Source: Planctomycetota bacterium
GTDB taxonomy: Bacteria; Planctomycetota; PUPC01; JACPCR01
Assembly (NCBI GenBank): GCA_016179685.1
Contig: JACPCR010000051.1
Location: forward strand, 70,323 to 134,322
DNA: 64,000 bases
Reading direction: 5' to 3'
Each line of letters begins with the position of its first letter. Positions within the stretch are counted from its first letter, which is position 1. The notes under the pieces were generated by a model that saw only the letters and a list, made by a program, of their open reading frames with translations, was not told where the DNA came from and searched no databases. Position numbers and translations under genes: made by a program. Of this stretch, positions 38,201 to 46,618 are shown one piece after another.

Positions 38201-41198
38201 CGTCCGCGCTCGTGGATTTCCAGCCACAGACATCTTCTTCAAAATCATCATTCAAGGCCGGGTTCGTGCTGCTCGTGATTCTCAGGCCGCTGGGGACGGA
38301 TTCCCGAGGGAGAGGCGCTCGTGGGGGCGGCAGGAGTCGAGAGGGAACGGACCGGCGGGCATAGGCAATCTTGGCGCGTGCGATCATGATGCTGTTATCC
38401 AGGGTCCAAAGGGCGAGATTCCTGCCCTTCAAGGGCTCCGGATCATCCCAGCACAGCTCCGGCACGAGCTGGTTGTCGTAGTAATACTCGATGTGGGGCC
38501 CCCGGCGTCGAACCTTGACGAAATACCAGGCGCCGTGCACGGGCCGGCCCTCGCTCACCCAGGCCACCGAGGGACGCGACCCGCCCTCGCGGGTCCGGGG
38601 CACCAGATAGCGGTCCGTCCGCCTCATCTCCTCGCCCCTGCGCAAGAGATACGACCACTTTTCTGACCAATGAAAATCCCAGGCCGTCAGCAAGAAGCTG
38701 TAGCCCGTGTTCGGATCGAAACCGTCACAGCAGAACGAAGCGTTGAAGTCCCCGTTCCGGGGATAGCTGCCGAGGACGTTCGCCATCTCCTCCACGGACT
38801 GGCGCATTCGAATGCCCGCATAAAACTCGATGGAAACGTCCCCATCGTAGTCAAATTTGTTCCAGAGAAACGCACTCCCTCCCGTGCTCCGACCATTCAG
38901 GTGCGACCACGTCGGGGTGCAGGAGAATCGGTTCGTCACCTCCCACGTGCCCACCCGAATCCAATCGGCAAAGGCATGCTCGAAGGTCTCGTCCCGGATG
39001 TGATTGCGCGCGAGGTTCATCGCCCGGAAATCCTCGGCTACCAGCGGCTGCCGGGCCACAATGGCCATGGCCGTGCCGGGCAGCGGCTCGTCGTCCCGGT
39101 ACTCCAGGACATCCTCCTGGCCAGCCTGAATCCAGATGAAGGCACCATCCCGGTGAAGCCGGAATTTCCCAGCCGTCTGATTGTCCAGAAAAGGGAGCGT
39201 CTTCGATCCAACCGCCTGGCCGAGCCGATGGAGCGTCAGGGTCACCTTCTTGGAGTTGGCATCAATCGACTGTTCGAGGACGTAACTTCGCTTCGAGTCC
39301 GGCTGGCCGTGGAGGGGCTGGTCCACGGCGAAGAGCAGGCGGACGCCATCCTGTGACGGCAGGGTCAACGCCAGCATTCCGAAGAAATCACCCTTGTGCC
39401 AGAAGGTGGTGTTACCCGCATCCGTGGGAATCCACGCCCCTTCGGGAGACGACCAGTGCCGCATGTAAGGATCGTTCACGAAAAGCGGATTCTTCGTCGG
39501 AAGCTCCAGATCATCCAGGCGTTCGAAAGCGACCCGAACCTGGCGAATCTCCGGTTTCTGAAACAAGTTGCCCTTCACGCTGAGACCCGGAGCGCCACGC
39601 AGAGGCTGCGGTAGCGAGAGGCGCTGGTGAAGCGTGCCATTGAGGTAGAGCAGCGCCTGATGAGGCTCTATCAGGTCCATTTGGATATTGTGCCACACGC
39701 CGACGCCCAACGGCTCCGGACCGAATGGAAGGTCAAAAAGCTTCTGCTCCCCGACGAAAAGCGCCAAAGAACCGGCCCGGGGCTGAAGAACCTGGAATGA
39801 GAAGAGATAATCTTTCCAGCCCGGCGCGCCGAAGCTCATGGCGGCCTGGCCGGAAAGGCTGGGGCACAAGCTGCACGTTTCCGTATTTCCGGCCACACCT
39901 TCACGAGCCAGGGGATGAAAACTCCAATGGCCCGCCACCGCCTGCGCAAGCTGTTTGAGGCCCTCCGGCTGGTCGAACTCGTAGATACGGTTGTCGCGTA
40001 CCCGCACGTCATCGAAGACGATTTCGTTTGGCCCCTCGACCCAGAGACCCACGCGGCCTCGCACCACCCGATTCTCGGTGACATCCAAAAGGAGCGACTC
40101 GTCCAGAAAGACCTGGATTCTTCGGTTCCGAAGCCTCACCCCAAGCCGATACCATTGCTCCGAGCCTCCCTCGGCGTATCCCTCGGCCAGCACCTCACGT
40201 TGGTCACCGGACACTCGGGTCAGCCGCATCAGCGACGGCACGCGGCTCGGGCTCGACAGGTCCCAGCGTACTTCGTAGTAATTTTGCTCGGACTGGTATC
40301 CAAAGGCCATCCCGCCGCAGCCCTGGTGAGACTTGACGGAGGCGTCAAATTGGTAATCGGACCAGAAGGACTGGCCCGTGATGACGCGTGCCGGTTTCCC
40401 TTCCTCGGCTTTGGCCTTCCCTCCCAGTGAAAAGGGATTCGTGCTGTGGGTAGCCGCCGTACCGGCGTGTTTTTCCTTCACGGAATGGAAGCGCCATTCG
40501 CCGGCGACAAGTTCCCAGGGTGGCAGATTCTGCTCCGTCTCCGCCCTCATGAAATCATCATCGAAGACAATTTCTCCATAGCGTTGGACACGAATCACTT
40601 GAGGGTCGCCGCCCGAGTGCAACAATCCGACTCGGCCCGAGCCAAAAGAGGCGTCAAAAACTTCTGCCACCTCGATGTCATCCACGGAAACCGATAAAAG
40701 ATGTTCGCGGCGCCGTACCAGCACCAGCGCCTCCTGGCGCGGCTCCCATCGGTCACCCTCCGCCAGCGTCCGGCGCTTCCCCTTCTCGACCACCGAAAGC
40801 CGCATTCGCCCGTTTCGGCCCATCAAGAGATAGTGATTCGAATCATCCTGATAACCGAAAAGAACTCCCAGTGTGTCCGCCGTGCTGCCGTCGGACCGGG
40901 CCCCCAGACGTATCACCAAGTCGTACTGGGCATCGGGACAGTCCGCCACCAGCGTATAGGCGCTACCTTGAATCTGGACCTCGTTTTCCGCAGCGCCCAC
41001 GAAGCCGGGAAGGAACATCATCCAGAAGGCGTACCATCCCAGCACTGGAGCTTGGAAGCGCACCCGCGCCTCCGAGCTCCAGTCATTGAGGAAGCTCCGG
41101 TGAAATTCATTAACTCGGTCGTACATCAGCGTCGGCTTCACAAAGGGTCGAACCGGCATGGCGTCATTTCGCAACAGGTTCGAGTGAACGGGTGACAC
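35262..41198 (-). CDS. Very large putatively exported beta-sandwich protein (ConA/DUF1080-like N-half; three CBM-like + Ig-like repeats); start uncertain
   Basis: 1978-aa ORF; GRVGL...FDDVRV lectin-like motifs; repeated FDY...DGQW...IDNF and DPSGI...HxxAxDxAGNW motifs. Confidence 0.7.
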   Translation of the reverse strand: MSPVHSNLLRNDAMPVRPFVKPTLMYDRVNEFHRSFLNDWSSEARVRFQAPVLGWYAFWMMFLPGFVGAAENEVQIQGSAYTLVADCPDAQYDLVIRLGARSDGSTADTLGVLFGYQDDSNHYLLMGRNGRMRLSVVEKGKRRTLAEGDRWEPRQEALVLVRRREHLLSVSVDDIEVAEVFDASFGSGRVGLLHSGGDPQVIRVQRYGEIVFDDDFMRAETEQNLPPWELVAGEWRFHSVKEKHAGTAATHSTNPFSLGGKAKAEEGKPARVITGQSFWSDYQFDASVKSHQGCGGMAFGYQSEQNYYEVRWDLSSPSRVPSLMRLTRVSGDQREVLAEGYAEGGSEQWYRLGVRLRNRRIQVFLDESLLLDVTENRVVRGRVGLWVEGPNEIVFDDVRVRDNRIYEFDQPEGLKQLAQAVAGHWSFHPLAREGVAGNTETCSLCPSLSGQAAMSFGAPGWKDYLFSFQVLQPRAGSLALFVGEQKLFDLPFGPEPLGVGVWHNIQMDLIEPHQALLYLNGTLHQRLSLPQPLRGAPGLSVKGNLFQKPEIRQVRVAFERLDDLELPTKNPLFVNDPYMRHWSSPEGAWIPTDAGNTTFWHKGDFFGMLALTLPSQDGVRLLFAVDQPLHGQPDSKRSYVLEQSIDANSKKVTLTLHRLGQAVGSKTLPFLDNQTAGKFRLHRDGAFIWIQAGQEDVLEYRDDEPLPGTAMAIVARQPLVAEDFRAMNLARNHIRDETFEHAFADWIRVGTWEVTNRFSCTPTWSHLNGRSTGGSAFLWNKFDYDGDVSIEFYAGIRMRQSVEEMANVLGSYPRNGDFNASFCCDGFDPNTGYSFLLTAWDFHWSEKWSYLLRRGEEMRRTDRYLVPRTREGGSRPSVAWVSEGRPVHGAWYFVKVRRRGPHIEYYYDNQLVPELCWDDPEPLKGRNLALWTLDNSIMIARAKIAYARRSVPSRLLPPPRAPLPRESVPSGLRITSSTNPALNDDFEEDVCGWKSTSADEGASLSLDAGSAGGGQQCLTLTHASLGGDFGALIPIPVLDASRVVDFSFDYCVPHEVRVNFYLNLAGQDYFIEFTGENRSDENLKKLGRIEDVRADGQWHRAQFDLARAVRTQVHLPENLPFSSLLLGDRHEGYLRAGIGGNPMGASYRIDNFRIVTAADASVPPALLWARLSEPQPRSFRYLADRNPDTQPVHGTEVTQPTSTLQGLGPGFSTFHLQALLPDGRWTSPIHYPLYLQPALKASLKSPADPAAWGGEALCLEFESQEGAHLSLASLAVSIDGAKIAPEHLNATDVAASRRLTLDLTPLPVAFKDGQEILFSASFRSTAGEAPASLSAKLKMNHALDRTPPSAVVLLTYPPLQDFEGKSTGSWQGLTYSRVFLDDATAASGRQSLKVFKPLVIGNFAVNALGNSPQTPLPIHLGKTPVLTFDYRLDPELVIDVSAQAGSGGNYRHIIFAGNGADYPVAGQIPNVVRDGQWRHVEVNLRRMFAGQAFHPTMFLLYGMMFGDFGNQDLGKAHAYHIDNFGFLPQVSSATGLSLRWAATDPSGIHDYSFKWSPVPAEEVDIQPEGTQPEAVFTHLPEGFLYFHIRARDVAGNWGPSSHYKFFIDNQPPAASVVSTGPESRFLELSLKDDDSGVDVSALKAAVQGKASALDNANATYNLNEGRLLWDWPSILEPCAGKLPDGFAYLFQLPGFADFAGNVTPQKEWTWKIDFSRDKEPPVAPSIAGPPNAAFCFQSFTRDVESWRNWGGQNGSTVSRHYDPDRKDYCLKVADDMTSGYGGVMINDRAFDAAQYSWITFEYKIPPNAYIHFMVYVNDVWRGITLTVPSTYPNFTNIGSAGITPDNTWRVAAVDLLQLLKAALPNAKAYTVHHLAIADYYNAYTPAGVPYFIDNFALVGSGPAQPAFTCSSSDPSGIAAYRYLVDNQPASSTEKGTVVQQASFTLPAALQPGLYYVHVSAGDGAGNWSCPAHLPYRTP

Positions 41199-41381
41199 CG
41201 AATACGCTTGGCGTCACCCACCCCCAAAAGGAGCATCGATTGAGCAGGTGCCCCATAGATTCCCGGAAGACTTTGATGGCAAGTTTGTTGAAGCCGCGAA
41301 GGGTGACCAGGGCCCTGACTTCAACGACTTCGAGGGTGAAAAGATTATAAGAAATTTTTCCCGTTCAGCATGTCATGAAAC

Positions 41382-41419
41382 AAAAAGAGGGTCCCCGAGC
41401 CCATGCTCCGAGGACCCTC
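41382..41419 (-). terminator. Rho-independent terminator
   Basis: Minus strand GAGGGTCCTCGGAGC-ATGG-GCTCGGGGACCCTC-TTTTT, about 50 nt after the stop at 41467. Confidence 0.75.
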
Positions 41420-41466
41420 CCCCGTTGTCATGAGGATCGCACCGAACCGTCATTCGGCAGCAAGAA

Positions 41467-42198
41467 CTACTTGGCTATCGAGACCGTTCCGTCGGCGGCA
41501 CGGGCGAACCTGTGGTCGTTGAGCAGTGCGAGCCGGACACCGGAGACTTCACGACCTGCTTCTACGCCCACGACAGCCTTGTAGACCTCCGCCGGAGTGG
41601 CGGAACCGCCCCTTTTCTGAAGATACGCGTAGGCCAGGTCGCTCACTCTTGAACCCTTGGCCCGAGAAACAGGCCGGCGTCCACGGGGCTTGGGGCTAGG
41701 TTTGCGGCCTTTTCGACCCGAGGCCCCCGCCAACTTGTAAACACCATGCGCAACCTTCCGCACCGCCGGGTCCGTCCGGAACGCCGTGCAGATGGACGTG
41801 TACTGCGTCCCAGAAGCGGCTTTCCCGTAGCGCGCCCGGGCGACATGGTCCACGATTTCCGCCACCTTCGCCTGGCCTCCCACGGAGCTCAGATAGGACC
41901 GCGCCAGCTCACGAACCGTCTCCCCGGAACGGCTGCGGGGCGCCCGACCGCCGGCACGGACACCGTTCAGACGTCTGCGACGCTTACCCGGCCTGCTGCC
42001 CCGCGGCTTCACGGGTTCGGTCCCACCGGTCAACTCCGCGATTTGCGCATCAATACTCGCCACGCGTTCCAATAGACTACTCTTCCGCTTCACCAGTCGC
42101 TCAACCCTGGCCTCACCTCTTTCCTTCAACCGAATGAGCTTGTTCAAGTCCTGGAGCGACAGTTCAAAGGCCAACGTACTGAGATGGTCCTTTTTCAA
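41467..42198 (-). CDS. Highly basic putative DNA-binding protein (coiled coil + two winged-helix-like modules)
   Basis: Arg/Lys-rich linkers; two similar modules (VRELARSYLSSVGGQAKVAEIV / VSDLAYAYLQKRGGSATPAEVY); GGAGG RBS before TTG 42198 (alternative ATG 42213). Confidence 0.7.
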   Translation of the reverse strand: MKKDHLSTLAFELSLQDLNKLIRLKERGEARVERLVKRKSSLLERVASIDAQIAELTGGTEPVKPRGSRPGKRRRRLNGVRAGGRAPRSRSGETVRELARSYLSSVGGQAKVAEIVDHVARARYGKAASGTQYTSICTAFRTDPAVRKVAHGVYKLAGASGRKGRKPSPKPRGRRPVSRAKGSRVSDLAYAYLQKRGGSATPAEVYKAVVGVEAGREVSGVRLALLNDHRFARAADGTVSIAK

Positions 42199-42354
42199 TT
42201 GACAACCCTCCATTTCATGTAAATAAGACCCAAAAACGTCTCGCCGATAGGCGCTTCCGACGCCAAAATTGAAAACTTTCTTCGATTGGCGTCAGTTCGC
42301 GAATTCTCCTCCCGGCGCTTTGGAACTTCTGCTTTTTGCCATGCACGAAAAATC

Positions 42355-42391
42355 TGAAATCCGCGCAGCCCGGAGGGCGCAGCGGATTTCA
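42355..42391 (+). repeat. Single 37-nt REP-like unit
   Basis: tgaaatccgcgcagcccggagggcgcagcggatttca, identical to 51774 and 52095. Confidence 0.9.
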
Positions 42392-42643
42392 ATAGCATTC
42401 TCTTAGACTTCAATCGCCATGTCGAACAAAAAATGTCACATCATCATGCACCTCTTGGTACATTACTGGTGCCTCTAAACTGCTGAATATTCACAGCTTT
42501 TCCAAGCAACACCATAATACATAATAGGATATATTCTTGCAATATACTACATTTTTCGGGTCATCACGATTGGGCGGTCTTTGTAACAGAGACGATGCGG
42601 CTCAGCGCGATTCAGCGCGCGTTTCTCTCCGGCCCGTGAGAGA

Positions 42644-42766
42644 TTACCGCTGGTCGTCAGTATCCAAACCGGGGTCGGGATCGGGATCGACGCTCTTCGT
42701 TCGGTAGGGGCCAACAGACTCGATGGCCACCCGATAGACATGCAACTGCTCATGGCCCAATGGCAT
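42644..42766 (-). pseudogene. N-terminal remnant of a four-helix-bundle (23S rRNA IVP-like) protein
   Basis: MPLGHEQLHVYRVAIE resembles the family N-terminus (xxHEKLDVYxxAI), then degenerates into a DPDPDP repeat. Confidence 0.55.
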
Positions 42767-42942
42767 GAAAATTCTTCCGATCCCGACGGGCGTTGGAACG
42801 GGAAGAACCAAGAGCTTCCAGATATCCGCCTTCCTTTCCAATGACCAAGATCGCTTAATCCGGATGATCCGTTTCCAGCCTGGCCTTCAGGACGTCCTGT
42901 CGTGTCGGCGAGCTGGCACGGGAGCACAGAGCTGTTTAAGGC

Positions 42943-43377
42943 TCACTGCTGGGTGCTCACCGTCTCCTTCTGGCAGCACCATCGCCCGAGGAATCGGTCC
43001 AGCGCGATCGGTCCGGGGCCCGTGAGCACGAGCGCTCCTGCCATCGCCGCGTAGGCCAGGGCCAGCTCCTTGACCTGGAAGGGGTCGCTCGCGTGCCGGA
43101 CGAGCGCGGCCACAGCCATGGTGACGAGCACGAACAGCGCCGCGGGACGCGTGGCCAGTCCCATGACGATCAAGAGACCGCCGAGGAACTCGCTGAGCGC
43201 GGCCGCCCAGGCGAAAAGACCGGGAAGCGGGAAGCCCATGCTGCTCACTCCACGGATGAATCCATCCATCTGTCCCCCAAAGACCTTCCCGCTCCCATGG
43301 TAGGCCATTCCAAGTCCCATGAGCACCCGCAGCCACAGCAGGCCGACGGCCAGACCCTTCGCGCGCCATGAATCCAT
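42943..43377 (-). CDS. DoxX family membrane protein
   Basis: GLLWLRVLMG...HGSGK...AALSEFLGGLLIVMGLATRPAA...ELALAY...GPGPIALD; GGAGG RBS and TATAAT upstream. Confidence 0.92.
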   Translation of the reverse strand: MDSWRAKGLAVGLLWLRVLMGLGMAYHGSGKVFGGQMDGFIRGVSSMGFPLPGLFAWAAALSEFLGGLLIVMGLATRPAALFVLVTMAVAALVRHASDPFQVKELALAYAAMAGALVLTGPGPIALDRFLGRWCCQKETVSTQQ

Positions 43378-43659
43378 GTTCTTGCCTCCGGTAGAAATCC
43401 GGGACGGAAGTGGTATTATACTTCCATCCCCATGGCCTGATATAATCGAACTCCTGTCCCTGGTGCAACTTTGCTGAGTTGAGGCCGTTGGTTGTAGGCT
43501 GTAAAGTAGTCCTCAGTCTAGAGCATCGAGGCGTCAGACCGAGAGCGTCTTCTCCATTCTCGCTGACCCGCGCCTGCGGATTGCGGGTCCCTGGTGCCTT
43601 GTTCGTTCGTTTACCTTTGGCTCCTGCTTTCTGGCCCCTCGTCCCGGTTCCCTCGACGC

Positions 43660-43692
43660 CTGAGGACTGAAGGCTGAAGACTGAGGACTGAG
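43660..43692. repeat. Heptamer tandem repeat CTGA(A/G)G(A/G) x~4.7
   Basis: ctgagga ctgaagg ctgaaga ctgagga ctgag immediately before the ATG at 43698. Confidence 0.8.
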
Positions 43693-43697
43693 CAGCC

Positions 43698-44945
43698 ATG
43701 CCGGACCTTCGTGACGTTTGCCAGGCGGCCATCGATCAGGTCGTGGACTTCTGCCGCCATCTGATCCGTTTTCGCAGCCTGCCGGGCCAGGAGGCGGAGA
43801 TCGCCGCCTTCGTGCGCGATAAGCTGGAGGCGCTCGGCTACGATCGCGTCGAGGTGGACGGCGCGGGAAACGTGCTCGGCCACATGAAGGGCAGCGATCC
43901 CTCCGCTGCGTCCGTGATGTTGAATTCCCACCTCGACGTCGTGGACGCGGGCGATCCCGCGGGCTGGCCCTGCGACCCCTGGAGCGGGGAAGTCCGCGGC
44001 GACCGCATCTACGGGCGCGGCGCGAGCGACACGAAGGGTGCTCTCGCGGTGCAGGCCTACGCGCCGGTAGTCCTGCGCCGGGCGGGGCTTCGGCCCCACG
44101 GCGACTGCACGGCGGCCTTCGTCGTCTTCGAGGAACTGGGCGGGTCGGGCACCCGCTACCTCGTCACGCACGGATCGGCCCTGACGGACCTGGCGATCCT
44201 GGGCGAGGCGACCTCGAACGAGATTCGGACCGGACACCGCGGGGCCCGTGGGGTGGTGGTGGTCCTCCGGGGCCGGATGGCGCATGCCAGCGTGCCCGCT
44301 CAGGGCGTCAATCCCCACTATACCGCCTCCCGATTCCTTCTCGAGCTGGAACGCTCCCTCGGCCAGCTTCCCTGCCTGCCGGTCCTCGGTCCGTCCAGCA
44401 TAGCCCCCACGCTCTACGAGACGGACAATCGCAGCCGCAACGTCATCCCGGGCGAGGTGCGGCTGACCCTGGACTGGCGCACGACGGCGGAGACGGACGA
44501 CGGCATCGTTAGTTTCCTTCAAGGGGTGGCGCAGAGGGCGGGCGTCGAGATCGCCGTGAAGTTTTCCACGCTGTCGAACCGCACCTACACGGGCTACCAG
44601 GAGCCGGAGCGTCCACGCCGCAACGAGAAGTTCCTGACGCCCGCGGACCATCCCGCGGTGCGGACGGCCGCGCGTGTGATCGAGGAGGAACTGGGCCGAA
44701 AGCCGGGCATCCGGCCGTGGAACTTCTGCACGGACGGCTACATTCTTGCCGGGGCTGGCGTGACGACGTTCGGTTTTTCGCCGTGCGAGGAGCATCTCGC
44801 CCACACGAACGACGATCACGTCAAGATTCCGATGATGCTGGACGGTCTGCGCTGCACCGCCCGTATGCTGCTCGAACTCGGGTCCGGAAGTGCGGGAGGA
44901 CTTCTGAACCGGGATACTCGAAGACTCCAAGGGTCAAGACCGTGA
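43698..44945 (+). CDS. M20/ArgE/DapE family metallohydrolase
   Basis: NSHLDVV, IYGRGASDTKG, FEE, ILGEAT, GRMAHAS, CTDG, AHTNDD. Confidence 0.9.
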   Translation: MPDLRDVCQAAIDQVVDFCRHLIRFRSLPGQEAEIAAFVRDKLEALGYDRVEVDGAGNVLGHMKGSDPSAASVMLNSHLDVVDAGDPAGWPCDPWSGEVRGDRIYGRGASDTKGALAVQAYAPVVLRRAGLRPHGDCTAAFVVFEELGGSGTRYLVTHGSALTDLAILGEATSNEIRTGHRGARGVVVVLRGRMAHASVPAQGVNPHYTASRFLLELERSLGQLPCLPVLGPSSIAPTLYETDNRSRNVIPGEVRLTLDWRTTAETDDGIVSFLQGVAQRAGVEIAVKFSTLSNRTYTGYQEPERPRRNEKFLTPADHPAVRTAARVIEEELGRKPGIRPWNFCTDGYILAGAGVTTFGFSPCEEHLAHTNDDHVKIPMMLDGLRCTARMLLELGSGSAGGLLNRDTRRLQGSRP

Positions 44946-44982
44946 CAAGAGAGACAAGTCTTCGCGATCTTCTATCTTAGCT

Positions 44983-45606
44983 TCAATACGGGCTGCTCCT
45001 CGGCGTATAAAGTCCGTGCGTCCGGATATAGTCATGGACCCCTTCCGGCACGAGGTGGCGGATACTTCGCCCCGTGCGCACCCGGGCCCGGATTTCCGAG
45101 GCGGAGATTTCGATCAAGGGGATCGGGACGAAGTTCGCCCGCAGCGAGCTGATGGTGTCGTCCGGGAGGCGGCCGCGGAGCGCCTCGAACGCTGAGGACG
45201 ACGCGCCGGGCCGGGCACCCACGGCGAACCGGCACAGCCGCACGAGTTGATCCATGTCTTTCCAGGCTGGCAGCTCGGGCACCGAATCGGACCCTACGAT
45301 GAAGAAGAGGGTATCGTTCGGCATTTTCCGCCGTATGTCGCGGACGGTATCGATGGTGTATGAAGTCCCCTCGCGCCTCAGTTCGAGATCGCTCATCTCG
45401 AAGCGCGGGTTGAGCCTCACGGCGACCTGGACCATGGCGGACCGGTGCTCGGCGGGGGCCAGGGCCTCACCGCTCTTGTGGGGCGGATGCCGCACGGGGA
45501 TGAAGAGGACGCGATCGAGCCCCAGGGCGTCACGAACCTGCTCGGCCAGGATGAGATGACCGAGATGGACGGGATTGAAGGATCCGCCCAGAAGACCGAT
45601 CTTCAC
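44983..45606 (-). CDS. nadD: Nicotinate-nucleotide adenylyltransferase
   Basis: GGSFNPVHLGH, PPHK, SYTIDT, FIVGSD, W, ISASEIR, YIRTHGLY. Confidence 0.95.
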   Translation of the reverse strand: MKIGLLGGSFNPVHLGHLILAEQVRDALGLDRVLFIPVRHPPHKSGEALAPAEHRSAMVQVAVRLNPRFEMSDLELRREGTSYTIDTVRDIRRKMPNDTLFFIVGSDSVPELPAWKDMDQLVRLCRFAVGARPGASSSAFEALRGRLPDDTISSLRANFVPIPLIEISASEIRARVRTGRSIRHLVPEGVHDYIRTHGLYTPRSSPY

Positions 45607-45655
45607 GGAAGGCCTCCAGATGCCTCACGACCCACAAGACTCCGACGCCTCAATT

Positions 45656-46618
45656 CTAAATCTTAGAGGCATAAATCTTTTCGATCAATTCCATCGTCTT
45701 GACCGCGTCTCCAAAGTGGGTCGAGGGCTGCCGGCCATCCTTCACGCAGTCGATGAAGTGCCGATCCTCTCCGAAAAACCCGTACGTGTGGCTCTTCTCC
45801 GAACAGCCTGCGGACGATACGGGATCGATGCGGTCCGCCCCGAGCCGATCGTCGCAGTGCAGGATGGCCCCCTCGTGGTCCGGGTCCACGTACGCGCTGA
45901 TGCCTCGGCCATGGATTTCCCAGGTGTGGACGCGGCCCCCGGCCGCCCAGTTCGTCACGAGAAATCCGACCGCCCCGGACCGGAACTTGACCAGGGCGTT
46001 GAAGGCGTTGGGAAAGGGTGACGAGAACTGGCCGATGTCGCTCGTGAGCCGGTCCACCTCTCCGCCCAGCCACCGGAGTGAATCGACCGCATGGACGGCG
46101 TCGACGGTCAAGATGTCGATGGCCCCGCCGTAATAGCCCGTGTCCTTGAGATAGCACTTCATGTACGTCGCCATGCATTGCCGGATGGGGCCGCGGGATT
46201 CCACCCGCTCCTTTGCCTGCTTCAGGCACGGGATGTGCCTGCGGTTGAACCCGCACATCGTCAGGCAGCCCCGCTTTTCCGCCAGGCGCGCCCAGCTTGC
46301 GGCCTGGTAGGCCGACATGCCGGGCGGCTTCTCGACGAAGACGTGCCGGCCTCGCTCGAGGCAGGCGACGACGACATCCCAGAGGGCCATGGGGGGCATG
46401 ATGCAGTACACCGCGTCCGGATTCGCCTCCTCGATCATCCTTCCGTGGTCCCGATATCGACCTTCGATGTGGTATCGATCGGCCGCGGTCCGCAAGCGCT
46501 CCTCATGGAGCTCCGCGACCGCGACGAGGTCCACGTCCGGCATCGAAGCCAGGGAGGGGTAATGCATGGACAGGGCCAGATTCCCGGCCCCGACAAACGC
46601 GACTCGGACTCTGTTCAT
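45656..46618 (-). CDS. Gfo/Idh/MocA family oxidoreductase
   Basis: VAFVGAG, HVFVEKPP, GFNRR, DAVHAVD. Confidence 0.9.
   Translation of the reverse strand: MNRVRVAFVGAGNLALSMHYPSLASMPDVDLVAVAELHEERLRTAADRYHIEGRYRDHGRMIEEANPDAVYCIMPPMALWDVVVACLERGRHVFVEKPPGMSAYQAASWARLAEKRGCLTMCGFNRRHIPCLKQAKERVESRGPIRQCMATYMKCYLKDTGYYGGAIDILTVDAVHAVDSLRWLGGEVDRLTSDIGQFSSPFPNAFNALVKFRSGAVGFLVTNWAAGGRVHTWEIHGRGISAYVDPDHEGAILHCDDRLGADRIDPVSSAGCSEKSHTYGFFGEDRHFIDCVKDGRQPSTHFGDAVKTMELIEKIYASKI

Noticed and set aside
42355-42391. Cloverleaf unit as a tRNA or tRNA fragment
   Set aside because: Only 37 nt with 2-bp arms; no T-loop (TTCG), D-loop or CCA.
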